Positions 52,051 to 63,672 of a stretch of DNA of 64,000 bases are shown piece after piece (position 1 is the stretch's first letter; every line of letters starts with the position of its first letter). The notes beneath the pieces are model-generated. The model was not told the DNA's origin. It ran no database searches and saw only the letters and a program-made list of their open reading frames with translations. Made by a program: the position numbers and the translations under genes. Origin of the DNA: Callorhinchus milii (Eukaryota); NCBI RefSeq assembly GCF_018977255.1, contig NW_024704742.1:91638001-91702000 (forward strand), read 5' to 3'.

Positions 52051-52934
52051 TTAATGTATTTATATATTTATCGAATATTGATCTATCAAAATCAACAATA
52101 ACTTACACATATTTCGCTCCCTTTATTTAGGATAATGTCTCAGCGAGCTTTACAGTGTCAGGGTTAGATACTGAACAGGGAAGAGGGGGCATCGCGGAGA
52201 TGACCATAGGCATGGTTGAAGAGGTAGGTTTTAAGGTGGAACCATTACAACATGGTATAGGATAATTATCTGTATAAGTAATGGTCGTTATGTCATTATG
52301 AAAGTTTTACCAAGTCCTCAAAGTCACTCGATTGAGACCACATTGAGTGACTGAGCTATGTCATCACATTCCATTTATTTGCATCTGCAGTATTTTGTGT
52401 TTTGTCTATTTATTTGTTTGTTGTAAGGAAGCCACAAAAGACGAAAAGCGATTTTTTTCTTAGTATTACATCTTTTATTTTACAGTTTAACAATTCTGGA
52501 TTGCAATGTTGTATTCCCCTCCCCCCTCCCAGCTTCTTTCCTTTCTCTGCCAATGCTGTACTAGATACAGACACCAGGGGGTGCTCTAAGCACTGTGGGG
52601 TGGGGGTGGGGGTTGACATCTTTCCTCCACTTAGTGCCTCAGTATAGTTGAGATCAGGAACTCTGCTCTGTGCCATGTTGAAGGTTCAATATAAGGCACC
52701 ATTATGCGACTTACAAATTAATAACTGACATATTGGGGATAATCTGTGATCAATTCTTCACGGCTGTAACTGAACATGCCACCTCCAGGGATACAGTGGA
52801 CTAGATACCAGACCTTGAAATGTGTTTTTCATTTCCTCCTCTCATCCCTCCACTTTCAAAGGTGGTAACTCAGCCTCCTGTACCTTGCACAAGTGGTCAT
52901 TTTTGACATGTGACTTAGACACTAAGTGCTGCCC

Positions 52935-53092
52935 CAAAATTGAGGGTTTTTGATAGAGTCAATAGGGAGAACTTATTTCCATTGGTGAGTGAGTCCATGA
53001 CTAGAGGGCATCAATTTAAGATAATTACCAAGAGAGCAAAGGGAGAAATTAGAAGAAATTTTGTTTAATAGAGTTTATTACGATGTAGAATG
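52935..53092 (+). mobile_element. CR1 ORF2 C-terminal fragment
   Basis: tttgatagagtcaatagggagaacttatttcca...actagagggcat (FDRVNRENLFP...TRGH). Confidence 0.75.
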
Positions 53093-53335
53093 TCCTGCTG
53101 GGTTCAGAATGATTCAAACTCATCTGGAATCTAACCAACTAAAACCACGTAGCTTGCCATTGATATCACTGTCTGGCAAGCTTTCCCGCTGTTTGTACAC
53201 CCTACCCATTAGGCCTTTGGCTTGCAAAGTTAACCGGAGATGAATGGGATGATTCCCTGCCCCTAACAACTGATCTGCCTTTCCAAGTCATACTGATGAG
53301 CCAGGTTGCCTGTGCTGTTATCAGCAGTGCCCTGG
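53091..53335 (+). repeat. Repeat family X, copy 5 (distal part)
   Basis: ctaaaaccacgtagcttgccattgatatcactgtctggcaagctttcccgctg...ttggcttgcaaagttaac. Confidence 0.8.
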
Positions 53336-53384
53336 AATACTGCGGACCTGCCTAGCTCAGGAACCAAGCTACCAAGATCCCACA

Positions 53385-53600
53385 GAATTGGCTCAATTCT
53401 GACATTTTGTTGCCAAACATGTCACCTTGGAGCCAGTTCAGCTCAAAGGAAACCCCAAGGAGGATAACTCAAACTCATTTCTTTGAAAACCCTTTCAGGC
53501 AGCAGACGGGAGATTTTTTAATCCATTCCATTTGTCTGCACTAGATTTGAACTCTGCTCCCCAGGTGAAAGGACAATGGACTAAGCAACCCACACTATCA
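53385..53600 (-). mobile_element. Possible LF-SINE-like ancient SINE relic
   Basis: Minus strand cctttcacctggggagcagagttcaaatc...gaaatgagtt resembles the recalled LF-SINE head. Confidence 0.35.
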
Positions 53601-54901
53601 CAGATTCTCTTATTGCAGCTTGTGTTTTAATTATTTAACCTGTGTGATTTTGCTTTTCCCAGACTAAATCTTTCACCTGAAGATTGATAGATTGCCACCT
53701 CAAAATACAGTCCAAAGACTCACTGTTAGTACTCTCCAGCCTTCTCGATTTTGGCTGATGCTTAATAATAGCAGAGGAATTCTTAACCCTGTGCCCCACT
53801 ACCCAGCATTACACGAAGGAAACAGCCATTTTATGTTAAACTAACACTGGCTGTCAGGCTCTCGGTATCAAACTCCTCGTGACATCACCTAATGCGTGTA
53901 CTTTGGATTCTGCTGCTGGATAACCGGGCTCATGCTATCAGAGGTAACAGCATAAAGCAGTCGTGTCTTGGCACAGTGGTGGATTTTTTAGCTCCACATA
54001 TCTTTACTGCACCAAACACCCATGTGCAATTCCTCCCTAGTCTGCCCTGATCCGACTGCTCCCAGGCAACAAAGAGTAAATGTTTTGTTGATGGTAATTA
54101 GCACACGCGAGCATTTATTACCTTGCAGATATTTGTTATCAGCATTTTGAGGGAACGGATGCTTTGCCTGCCACGTTGTGCAAAGCTCTGCAAACATGTT
54201 ACTGAACTGCAGGTGTGGACTGCCAGCAGTGGTGGTTTTTGGAGGTGGGTTGCAGTCACTTCAATGGTTGAATGGTTCATTGTGCATGAAGGACATGAGT
54301 GACTCTCATATCAAGTGTCTACTGCATGCAAAGCTAAGGATGTTCTCACTTTGTAGAATGCCTCCATATAATAATAATAAATAAAACCTTGCATTTGACA
54401 TAGCCCTTTATCATTTCAAACGTTTCAAAGTGCACCAATTCTGTGCTCTTTACATTTCAAGCTAAACTCAGTGAAACAATTTCTTCTTTGCTTTTCCCCA
54501 TTTCTCTCCTCCTTTCCTAAAGGCATTAGCTAGGGGATTGAGGTTCACATGCACCATGCATTCCCATTGTCCATTGTCAAAGTGGTCCTTCTTCTTGTAA
54601 TTTATAAAATACCTGGGCAAACCCTGGATAAATACCTGACTAACACTGCTAAACAACTGGGAAAACACACCTGGTAAATAGTGGATACACACCAGACAAA
54701 CACTGCATATACATCCAGGCATAAAAACATTAAGAGAAGGGAAGAAGAGCTGGAAAGAGGATTTTTTTTTTAAAAAAGGGTCACTATTGGTAATAATCAA
54801 TGGACTAGATGGCCTCCTTCAGCACTAAAAGTTTCTATATGTGTTTATAGATCAGACAGTAGGCTTTGGTGCGGGAGGGGAGAGAAACTTGTTCTTATCC
54901 A

Positions 54902-55340
54902 ATGATAATCATAATCCTTGCATTTGTTATATTAGTGCCTTAACACATTGGAAGGACATCTCAAAGTCTTCACAGGAACTACTGTCAATTGGAGTGATTG
55001 TATATTTGTAGGCAAAGGCGACAGCACAAACTCGCATAGCACTGTCCCACAAATAGCTATGATCAATTTTATTTGGGGGATTGTTGGCTAGGACACTGGG
55101 AGAACCTCCCTTCTGTTTCTGAATAAAGCCATGTGATCTTTAATGTCCACCTAAACAGGCAGACGGGACCTCAGTTTAACATCTCATCTGAAGGATGGCA
55201 CCTCCAACAACTCAACACACCCCCAGTATCTCATTGGAATGTCAACTTAGACTACATGAATTCAAGTTCTGACGTGGAATTTGATTCCACAACCCTCTGA
55301 CTGAGAGGCGAGAGTACTACCTTTGTGCCAAACTGATACA
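54902..55340 (-). mobile_element. DeuSINE full length
   Basis: Tail aatccttgcatttg; caggcagacgggacctcagtttaacatctcatctgaaggatggcacc; head gactgagaggcgagagt. Confidence 0.87.
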
Positions 55341-55369
55341 CAAAAAACAGCATATGTAAACCTTTCAAG

Positions 55370-55550
55370 GGGGGAAAGTGGGGAGGGCAGTGATCAGAAA
55401 TAGAAGTCCCAGCTGACTCTCTCCCCCACTCCTCTCCAGTTAAACAATGAGGTCAATTGCAGCATCCTCACTTCTGCCCCAGTTGAGATGATCTCACTCA
55501 GTAAAATCCATGGATTAAATCAGGCACTTTTGAGGTCTTTATGGCTCAAT
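55370..55550 (-). mobile_element. AmnSINE2-like relic
   Basis: gtgatcaga...tgaggtcaattgcagcatcctc...agttgagatgatctcactcag. Confidence 0.5.
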
Positions 55551-56759
55551 ATTACTCAGAAACTTTCACAAGAGTGTCCAAACAACTGGGAGAGTGTTAC
55601 ATCAATGCTCAGGAACTCTGTTTGAATGCAATATGCTTGCACAGCATAGCACAGTACAGCCAGCCGGGGGTCTGTGGGTTTTTGATTCAATGTCAGTATT
55701 ATTGATTCAGATTGGTAATTGCTACATATTAGATACCAACTAAACAGCCATGTAGATATACACCATCAAACATGTGAAAGGATTCAAGATTACATAGCCT
55801 GTGTTTGTGTGTGTGTGTCCTAGGTGTGTGTTCAAGCCCAACCGAAGCTGATAAGATTTCTACGATTTGTTAGAAAAAGCATATCTGGCATTTTTCTGTT
55901 TTTTTTTAAGTTTAAATGCTGCCGTCAAAATGAATGAGTTGCCAAACTGTGTGATGCTAAACACGCAGACTGTTTGCTAGGACAATGCACGCACAGTCTG
56001 CTCAGAGCCTGTGAGGCTGGGGCAAGTCACACAAACTTTACCACGATCTGGCATGAGTTCAACTTTCAATATCTTAATTGACTTTTAGCCTTTTCTCTAG
56101 TGCAAAAGTACGAACATCTTTATGTTCAGGCCTGTGTTTACACTGGTATTCAAAAGAACTTTCACAGAATTAGGCACTTCTCTGACTCTCCCTTCAACAA
56201 GGGGAAGCATACTGAGGAGGTTTCTTTATGAAAGCTCTGAACTGTTACCTAAGTAGCACAAGAAATAAGGAATCTGTATCATTTAAGGGAACTGTGCCAT
56301 GTTCTAGGGAGGTGTAGGGAGGCAGCATTATTATAATAACAGATTAAAATAACTAAATCTATCACCATAGTGATGGGGCCCGAATGACATTATTATGAGA
56401 AATGAACTCAGACAATTCAAAGTCAAAATTGATGCCCAATAATGACAAATGTTTAGTATTCAGTACAAGCACATCCTATAATATGGAGAGATTGGGCCTG
56501 AAAAGTATTATCTTTGTAGGAGAGCATTACGCTAACCAACCCAGAGAAATAATATCCAGATCCTGCATTGCTGAATTTAGGTAAAGCATATTAACGTGTA
56601 CAAAATATTCTACAGAATTATCACATTGTTCCAACTGTCAAAAGAAGAAAGAATTTGCATTTCATAGCCCATCACATCAAAAACCATTTCACAGTAATTA
56701 GTATCAAGTGCCATGATATAGTGTAACTTAATATCAAGTGTAGAGCATCTGAAAGAGAA

Positions 56760-56997
56760 TATAAGGAAGAACTATTTCATGTAGAAGGTAGTGAGAATGT
56801 ATCATTTGATGGCCAAAGTGATGGTTGAAGTAGATAGTGTAGATTCATTTAAGAGGAAGCTAGATATACATGGGAGGGAGAAGAGAATGGAAGGGTATGA
56901 GAGAGAGTAAGGAATGGGTGGAGGGTCCTGTGGAGTATAAACACTGGCATGGATTGGTCGGGCCCAATGGCCTGTTTCCATGCTGTACAATCTATGA
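56760..56997 (+). mobile_element. CR1 3' end
   Basis: ttcatttaagaggaagctagat...tgtggagtataaacactggcatgga...tggcctgtttccatgctgtacaatctatg. Confidence 0.85.
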
Positions 56998-57045
56998 GTG
57001 ATAGTCAATTTGCACACAGCAAGGGTCCACAAGCAGCCATAAAGT

Positions 57046-57668
57046 CACATCAAGGCTCGATTACCGAACATCACATCAAGGCTCGATTACGGTAACTCCA
57101 TCCTCATCGGCCTTCCCAACTCTTTCCTTCACATGCTGCAGATCATCCCAAACTCTGCAGCTCGTGTACTCTCACGCACCAGGCTCCACGAACCCATCAG
57201 TCCCCCTTGCCCAACTCCACTGGCTCCCCATCCCTCAGGGGATCGAGTTCAAGATCCTTATCTTCACTTTTAAGGCCATCCATGGCCTTGCCCCCTCCTA
57301 CCTCTCTGACCTGCTGGCTCCCTACCAACCTGCTCGCTCCATCTGTTCATCGGGCTCTGGCCTGCTCCATGTCTCCCTCCCGACCCGCTCTACCATCGGT
57401 GTCCGGGCTTTCAGCCTCTCTGCCTCCACACTCTGGAACACCAACCCACGGTCACTTTGTCTCGCTTCCTCTCTTGCCTCCTTTAAGGCTGGTCTCAAGA
57501 CCCTTCTCTTCGACTGTGCCTTTGGTCTCCCTCTCACTTCTCTGCCTTTCCTCACCCCTACACCACCCCTCCCCCATGCTCGGGCCCCGACACCTGACTG
57601 TTCAGCGCTTTGAGACATCCTCCCGATGTGAAAGGCGCTCTATAAATGTCATTTTGTTGTTGCTGTTG
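57046..57668 (+). mobile_element. 5'-truncated L2 with 6-bp TSD and 5' tandem duplication
   Basis: LHWLPIPQGIEFKILIFTFKAIHGLAPSYL...RAFSLSASTLWN; TSD taaagt at 57040-57045 and 57669-57674. Confidence 0.92.
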
Positions 57669-58034
57669 TAAAGTGAATGATTAATTTAGTTGGAGGAATA
57701 TTGGCCAACACACTGAAAAAGTCCGTTATCTGAAGAACAGTCAAAGAGGACTTTAACATTTCATTTGAAGAATGGCCCTTTTGCAGACTTTCAGTGTTAC
57801 ATTGAGACGTAAATAATAATCCTTACATCTGGCATGTAATGCCTAGTCTGAGAGCTCAAGTCCCAACAAGGGTCTTAAACCCACAATATTTTGGTCAGGA
57901 GGCCAGACTGCTACCAACTGAGCCAGGCTGATGTTTTGGATGTGCTTGTTGGTGTCTCACCATCCTCTTTTGTTTCTAATCTTTACCACAGCTGATTTGA
58001 GGCAGCCTGAGACAGAATGTTTCACCAATGTTCA

Positions 58035-58185
58035 CAAGACTGCAAGATCAGTCCTCATGAAGAAGAGCCTTCGGCCCATCTGATCTCATCCCTCCAGAAC
58101 ACCCACCCTACCATCACAGCCTCAAACTGCTTCTTAAATGAGTCCAGGGTTCAGGCCTGGCAACCGGTTCCAGTCGTTGATTGAT
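58035..58185 (-). mobile_element. CR1 3' end fragment
   Basis: gaagagccttcggcccatctgatctcatccctccagaacacccaccc is the reverse complement of the 10420-10470 type. Confidence 0.75.
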
Positions 58186-58732
58186 GAGTTTTGTGTCCTC
58201 CACAATGATACACTACAGCCAGTTGTCCATGACTCAGATAGGAAAGTGCTATTCATTCATTGTACTGTATTTATAGCGCTGTTCTGCTTTTTATCTACAG
58301 TCTAATGGAGGATTTTAGGTCTGTTTTTTGCAACTTTATTTGTGGGCAAGTATGTACATGTGCTTAAGATTCCACTGTGAACCTTCAAACACAAGTTCAA
58401 TTTTGGTCCTGCGTGCATTTCACAATTGGGAGAAATTTGTAAGTTTCATAACTGTTTTCACCCAGGGGAATGTCAGATGATAATTGCAGATTGGCTTCTC
58501 AACACCGTTGCAATGTTGGCAAAGTCAATTCCTTTTTAAAGAACTACAGGAAACTGAGACAGAATCGAGACTGAATTTTTGCAAATCTTGCAGAATTTCC
58601 ACAGTCTTAAGTTATGAAAACAGTTGGGCAAAATGTTCCGATGGGTGTGCAAGGAGTGGCTTTGCTAGTGTGTGATTGTAATGGGAATTCACAAAAATTG
58701 CCGAGATCACCTGAAGCAATGTGTTTAAGGCT

Positions 58733-59100
58733 GGAGTCCTGTTGCGTAGTTGTTAGCATGCTTGCCTAGCAAGCTAGATGACCCTGGTTTGATTCCTGGG
58801 CAGAGCAAAACCTTAGGCAAGTTTCCATGCTCCACACGCCTCTGTTTACCTACCAATAAGCAGGAACATGGTTGTCAGTTGATTGGCAGATCGCTTCCCG
58901 GAGCTAATATTATCCCCCCACCCCCTTAAATTACAAATTTGGTCCCTCGATCCATAACTGTTTGTGGGATACTGTTGTGAGCAATTGGCTGTCATGTTTT
59001 GCCCACAAAATACACAATCAATCCACTTGCACTTTGAGATGTCTCAATGACGTGATAAGGCGCTAGATCAAATGCAAGGATTATGATTATTATTATTATT
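58733..59100 (+). mobile_element. SINE-A long form
   Basis: ggagtcctgttgcgtagttgttagc...ccacacgcctctgtttacc...tail. Confidence 0.87.
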
Positions 59101-59662
59101 AACAGAAGTCTCCCCTTCCCCCTAGAATGGTCTTAAGGCTAAGAATGTGAGAAACGTTAGGTATCCTGGTCAGCTTTGATAGCGTTCTGATCGTTTAAGT
59201 GCAGGAAATAGACGATCGCATGCTTAGTTAGGGTTGAATACTTGCAGTGCACTTGGAGTTCAAAAGCAGCAATGACTCATACAGGTGTGCACAGGTAAAT
59301 CCAAGGCAATTTAATGCTGGCAGCAGCATGAGCATTCTGTCACTGTGCCAAGCTCATTACTTGCATACTGTGGAAAAGGCGTAGGAGTATGTGGGTGTAA
59401 ACATTGCAGTAAAAGTAAGAATAATCTCTTAATTGATTTATATTATATTCAGGATTTGAAATAAAATTCTGTTGCATAAATGCAAATGCTTTATCCCCAG
59501 AGTATGGAAGGTGGGCATGATACAAGTGTACCAGTATTATATATCAGAGTTTCAAGGATTTATTTCCCCCTCCTCCAAATTGTTGTGCCTCCCTTTTTCC
59601 TCTCCTGAATGTATTTGACTAGACCTATGATCACAGAATGCGCTCTTGGTAGCTATTATGGT

Positions 59663-60028
59663 GGAGTCCTGTAGCATAGTGGTTAGAGCATTCACCTCGC
59701 ACGCAAGAGGACCTGGGTTCGATTCCTGGTCAGGGCAAAACATTGAACAAGTTTCCTTACTCCAAAAGCCTCTGTTTACCTAGCAGTATCTGGTTGCCAG
59801 TCGATTGGCAGATGGGTTTCTGGGGATAATAATCCCTCAAAAAGGGTATGTTCACTCAATCCACGACTATTTGTCCGAAACTGTGGTGTGCAATTGGCTG
59901 TGAAGTTTCACCCACAAAATATGCAGTCAATTGACTTTACAGGATATTCTCTGAAGTGCTTTGAGGCATTTCAACAATGTGGAAAGGCCCTAAATCAAAT
60001 GCAAGGATTACCTTATATTATTATTATT
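59663..60028 (+). mobile_element. SINE-A long form
   Basis: ggagtcctgtagcatagtggttagagc...ggttcgattcc; central domain partly deleted; tail. Confidence 0.88.
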
Positions 60029-60029
60029 C

Positions 60030-60195
60030 CTGTGTGAGGGTTTACAGTGTGAGTGTTGGCAACCTGATTATCAGGAGAAGCGGAAAGAAACCTAACTGAG
60101 CCCAATCTTAGCCTCACCTGATATCATCACTTATGTTTGTTCCAGCAAGCTGAGCTTTGGATTGCGATCAGGAGTGGGAAACTTGAGCTGCAGTC
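60030..60195 (-). mobile_element. AmnSINE2-like relic
   Basis: acagtgtgagtgttggca...gagcccaatc...ttccagca...gcgatcaggagtgggaa. Confidence 0.55.
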
Positions 60196-60235
60196 CCCAC
60201 TCCAGTACAAAACCTGCCGCATGTTTCCTTCACCG

Positions 60236-60550
60236 ACAACAACAATTTGCATGTACATAACACCTAGCATTCAGCAGGACATCTCAAGGTCCTTCACACA
60301 TTTGACTGAGCTGCAGTTGGGGATTCTGAGGAGTGTGGGGAGGGATGGTGACTGAAAGCATAGTTGAAAAGAAAGGGTTTGAAGTGGGCTTTAAAGTTGT
60401 GGGAGGAGAGGGCAAGGTGGAGGGACTCTGGGATGGAGATCCAGGAAGTGGGGGCAGAATATTGAAAGCTCTCCCTAATGGTGGGGCAGTGTGGGTGCAG
60501 AATATGAAGCAGGTTGGTGCCTGCTGAGCAGAGAGAGTGATAGGTTCCAC
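60236..60550 (-). mobile_element. Old L2 3' end
   Basis: Minus ORF SFQYSAPTSWISIPESL...FKAHFKPFLFNYAF. Confidence 0.75.
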
Positions 60551-61051
60551 AGAGAAAATAGTAATAACCTACAACACACAGATTACTTTTGGGTGCAGAG
60601 GCTCCGTGGGTTCTTGTCACAGGTCACTGTAATGGACAGAGCTTCCCAAGCCATCGAGGAAGTATGGTAGACGGACACAATAGGTTTAGTTTGCTAAATT
60701 GCCTGTTTTAATATTCTATGAATTAAGAAATCTTTTATGAAACAGGGCAAAATGAATTGTAAAGTCACCAATTGTTTCTTAAATAAGAACTGCTTTTATG
60801 GATTGCTTGATGTTTTAATCCTGTGGAAACTGGCCAGAAGTAAACAAGGTGGATTGTACACTCCATGCATGGGATCTCAAGGCTGCTTAAGTACAATATG
60901 AACACGTAAGTGACCTTGTGCAATAGCCTGTCTGTACATCAATGTCTGAGGTATGTCAGAGCAACAGGAATATCTGGTAAATATTCATGAATTAAGGAGA
61001 GTAAAAGCAAGAATAATCTCTTAATTATGTGCAGGATTAGAACATATAGTA

Positions 61052-61420
61052 AATAATAATTGCTGCATTTGAAATAGCACCTTTCACATCAGGAGGGTGT
61101 CTCAAAGTGCTTCACAGGATTTTACTGAATATGTAAGAATTGTATTCTGTAGGCAAATGTGGCAGCCAATATACACACAACCATGAAGTGAATGACCAAT
61201 GTTTTATCTTGGGGATTGTCAGCCAGGACACCAGGAAAAACTGTTCTCTTCTCAAACAATGCCATGGGCCACAAAACACATACACAGTATATCCTGTGAA
61301 GTGCTTTGAGAAGTCTCTACGACATGATAATGCGTTATACCAAAAACAAGGATTATATGGGATCTTTGACCTGAACATCCCCAAGCAGGACCTTGGTTTA
61401 ATATCTCATCTAAAGGATGA
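61052..61420 (-). mobile_element. DeuSINE fragment with a + strand SINE tail inserted at ~61272-61357
   Basis: gccaggacaccagg...gccatggg | ...caaggattat | atgggatctttg...ggaccttggtttaatatctcatctaaagga. Confidence 0.7.
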
Positions 61421-61467
61421 GAAAAATCCAAAGAAGTTTAGAATTGTAGCAATATAGATAGGCTGTC

Positions 61468-61584
61468 ACAAACCTAGTAGAGTTCTTTGATAAAATCATT
61501 AAGGGATCTACGTGTGTTATTTATATGGATTTTCAAAAGACCTTTGATAAGGTGCCGTATAAAAAATTGCTAGCTAAAATTAAG
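61468..61584 (+). mobile_element. CR1 reverse transcriptase fragment
   Basis: My translation: TNLVEFFDKIIKGSTCVIYMDFQKTFDKVPYKKLLAKIK (CR1 RT motif YMDFQKAFDKVPH). Confidence 0.8.
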
Positions 61585-61669
61585 GTATGTATAGAATGAG
61601 GAGAAACTACCTGGATGTAGATTTAGACTATTTTAGAGCATGCAGAATGTGTAAAAATGTTGAATTTGA

Positions 61670-62230
61670 TCTTGGTTGAGTTGGTAGCACTCTCATCTGT
61701 GTGTCAGAGGGTTGTGGTTTCAAGCTCCATTTGGGGACTTTGAGCTTCAAGTCTAGCTTGGAGCGTGAAGTCCTGTAGCTTAATGGTTAGAGCATTCGTC
61801 TCACAAGCGAGATGACCTGGATTCGATATCCGGGCAAGGTGAAACAAGTTTCTTCACTTCAAACGCTTCTGTTTACCTAGCAGTAACTAGGAACCCATTT
61901 GTTAGTCGATTGGTGGATCGCTTTTCTGGGGGTAATAATCCCTTCAACAATAAAAAAATTTGGTTACTCAATCCACGACAGTCATTTTACTTTACGGTAT
62001 ATTCTGTGAAACGTTTTAAGACGTCTCGAAGATGTGATAAGGTGCTATTTCAAATGCAAGGATTATTATACCTTGATACTCCAGTGCAATGCTGGCTGAG
62101 CGCTGCATTATCAAAGGTGCAATCCTTCAGATGAGATGTTAAACCAAGCTACCATCTGTCTGTTCAATTGGACGTTAAAGATCCCATGGTAGTATTCATT
62201 GAAAGAAGGGTTTTCCTTTTGCTGACCTGG
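61670..62230 (+). mobile_element. DeuSINE split by a SINE-A
   Basis: gagttggtagcactctc...gtctagcttg | cttgatactccagtgc...ggacgttaaagatcccatgg. Confidence 0.8.
61767..62069 (+). mobile_element. SINE-A long form nested in a DeuSINE
   Basis: gaagtcctgtagcttaatggttagagc; possible TSD cttg at 61757-61760 and 62072-62075. Confidence 0.87.
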
Positions 62231-62569
62231 TTACTCATAAGATTGATGTGGGCACTTCCAGCTTCCAGAGTGGATTGTGATAAAAAGAAATAGCCACCTT
62301 CTAGATGGCAGGTTGTTGCTGATATGCTCCGTATATACACTCTGATGTAGGCTATGTACAGGAAGTGCCGCTGACATCAATTCGCAAAGGAAATGACAAC
62401 AGCTATGCTTCCTGCACAAACACTCAACGGGTAAGAAAGCGATATCAGTGGTGATCTGATGACCTGGAAGGTATCTATTTTTTCACCCTTAGTTTTAAGG
62501 TGGGAGTATGGCATTATAGACTCAGATTCACTGCATTATAACAGAGTCACCCTGTATTTGGGAACAAAG

Positions 62570-62680
62570 AGTACTTAGGATATGGAGATAAAGTAGGGAA
62601 GTGGTATTAAAAGATCTGTTATATCATAAACTCGTGGGGCAGACTCACTGGGCTGAATGGCCACATCCTGCCCCTATGTC
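62570..62680 (+). mobile_element. CR1 3' UTR fragment
   Basis: ggatatggagataaagtagggaagtgg...gggctgaatggcc...ctgcccctatgt. Confidence 0.65.
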
Positions 62681-62685
62681 ATCAG

Positions 62686-63001
62686 ATGATAATAATAATC
62701 CTTGCATTTGATATAGCGCTTTACACGTCTTCTAGACGTCACAAAGTGCTTCACAGAATATGCTATAAAGTGAATTGACCGTATATTTGTGGGTGAAACG
62801 CGGCAGTCAATTGCACACAGCAGTGTCCCACAAACCGTTGTAGATTGAGTGACCAAATTATTGTTTTTTTTATTTTTTTGGAGGGATTATTATTAGGCGT
62901 GTGGAGTAAGGAAACTTGCCCAAGGTTTTGCCCTGCCTGGAATTGAACCCAGGTGTCTTGCTTGCAAGGCGAGTGCTCTAACCACTGAGCTACAGGACTC
63001 C
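62686..63001 (-). mobile_element. SINE-A short form, full length
   Basis: gctctaaccactgagctacaggactcc; deletion junction; diagnostic TCTAGAAG. Confidence 0.9.
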
Positions 63002-63672
63002 AATCCATTGCGTATTTCATTGTAATCTATTCCATTGCCCTTTGTCCCTTCACCTCCAATAGGTAGGTGTCACTGGGATCAGTGGCAGGGTACAAATAGG
63101 CTAAAATATAACGTTGTGTAAGCCTCGTGTTATAAAGAGTTGAATACAGCTTGACATTGATCAGCTCAAAGTCCTCTCCTTCACAGCAATGCTTAGCAAT
63201 GAATACAGAGGTTGGTGATAATTCTGTGAATGGATTTTTCAGACAAAGTCCAAAGTTCAGCATTTCAAGCTGGAGCAATTCTTGATGGCATTGCGTGCAC
63301 AAATTTATGAGTGCACAGGCTATACCTGCCAGATAAGAGCATGAAGATAATTTAAAGCATTGTGTTATCTCTCTATTTGTGCCTCAGCAAACTCTCCATT
63401 TCAACAACAACATCAATACATAACCACAGTGACAGTTTATACTTAGATAGCCTTTCACATTGGTTGGATGTTTCAAAGTGCTTTACCTTACTCACTGGGA
63501 ACCTGAGATCAGATGAACCAAAGTGCTTTCTTCATCCAGATGAATCTTGTGATCTTGTGAAGTTATGTTTCATGTGTTAAAGCGATAGTGACCTAGCGAG
63601 ATGTCAATCTTCAGGCCTGTCATTGATAATAATAAATAATAATCCTTTCAATCGGTATAGTGTGTTATCATA

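Larger units (their letters stand above)
56652..57930 (-). mobile_element. DeuSINE host split by CR1 and L2 insertions
   Basis: Tail at 56652, caatttgcacacagcaag at 57005, resumes at 57675 and ends ctaccaactgagccaggctga. Confidence 0.65.

Noticed and set aside
49248..52776. Repeated tcacggctgtaa(c)tgaaca at 49248 and 52758
   Set aside because: A match this short is roughly expected by chance in 64 kb; flanks unrelated.
53293..53330. ctgatgag as a hammerhead core (also 39274 and ctgacgag at 5646)
   Set aside because: No stem II followed by GAAA, and not conserved in the other family X copy.
59663..59737. tRNA-Ala-like sequence as a real tRNA gene
   Set aside because: Continues directly into the SINE body, has stem mismatches and lacks an oligo-T terminator.
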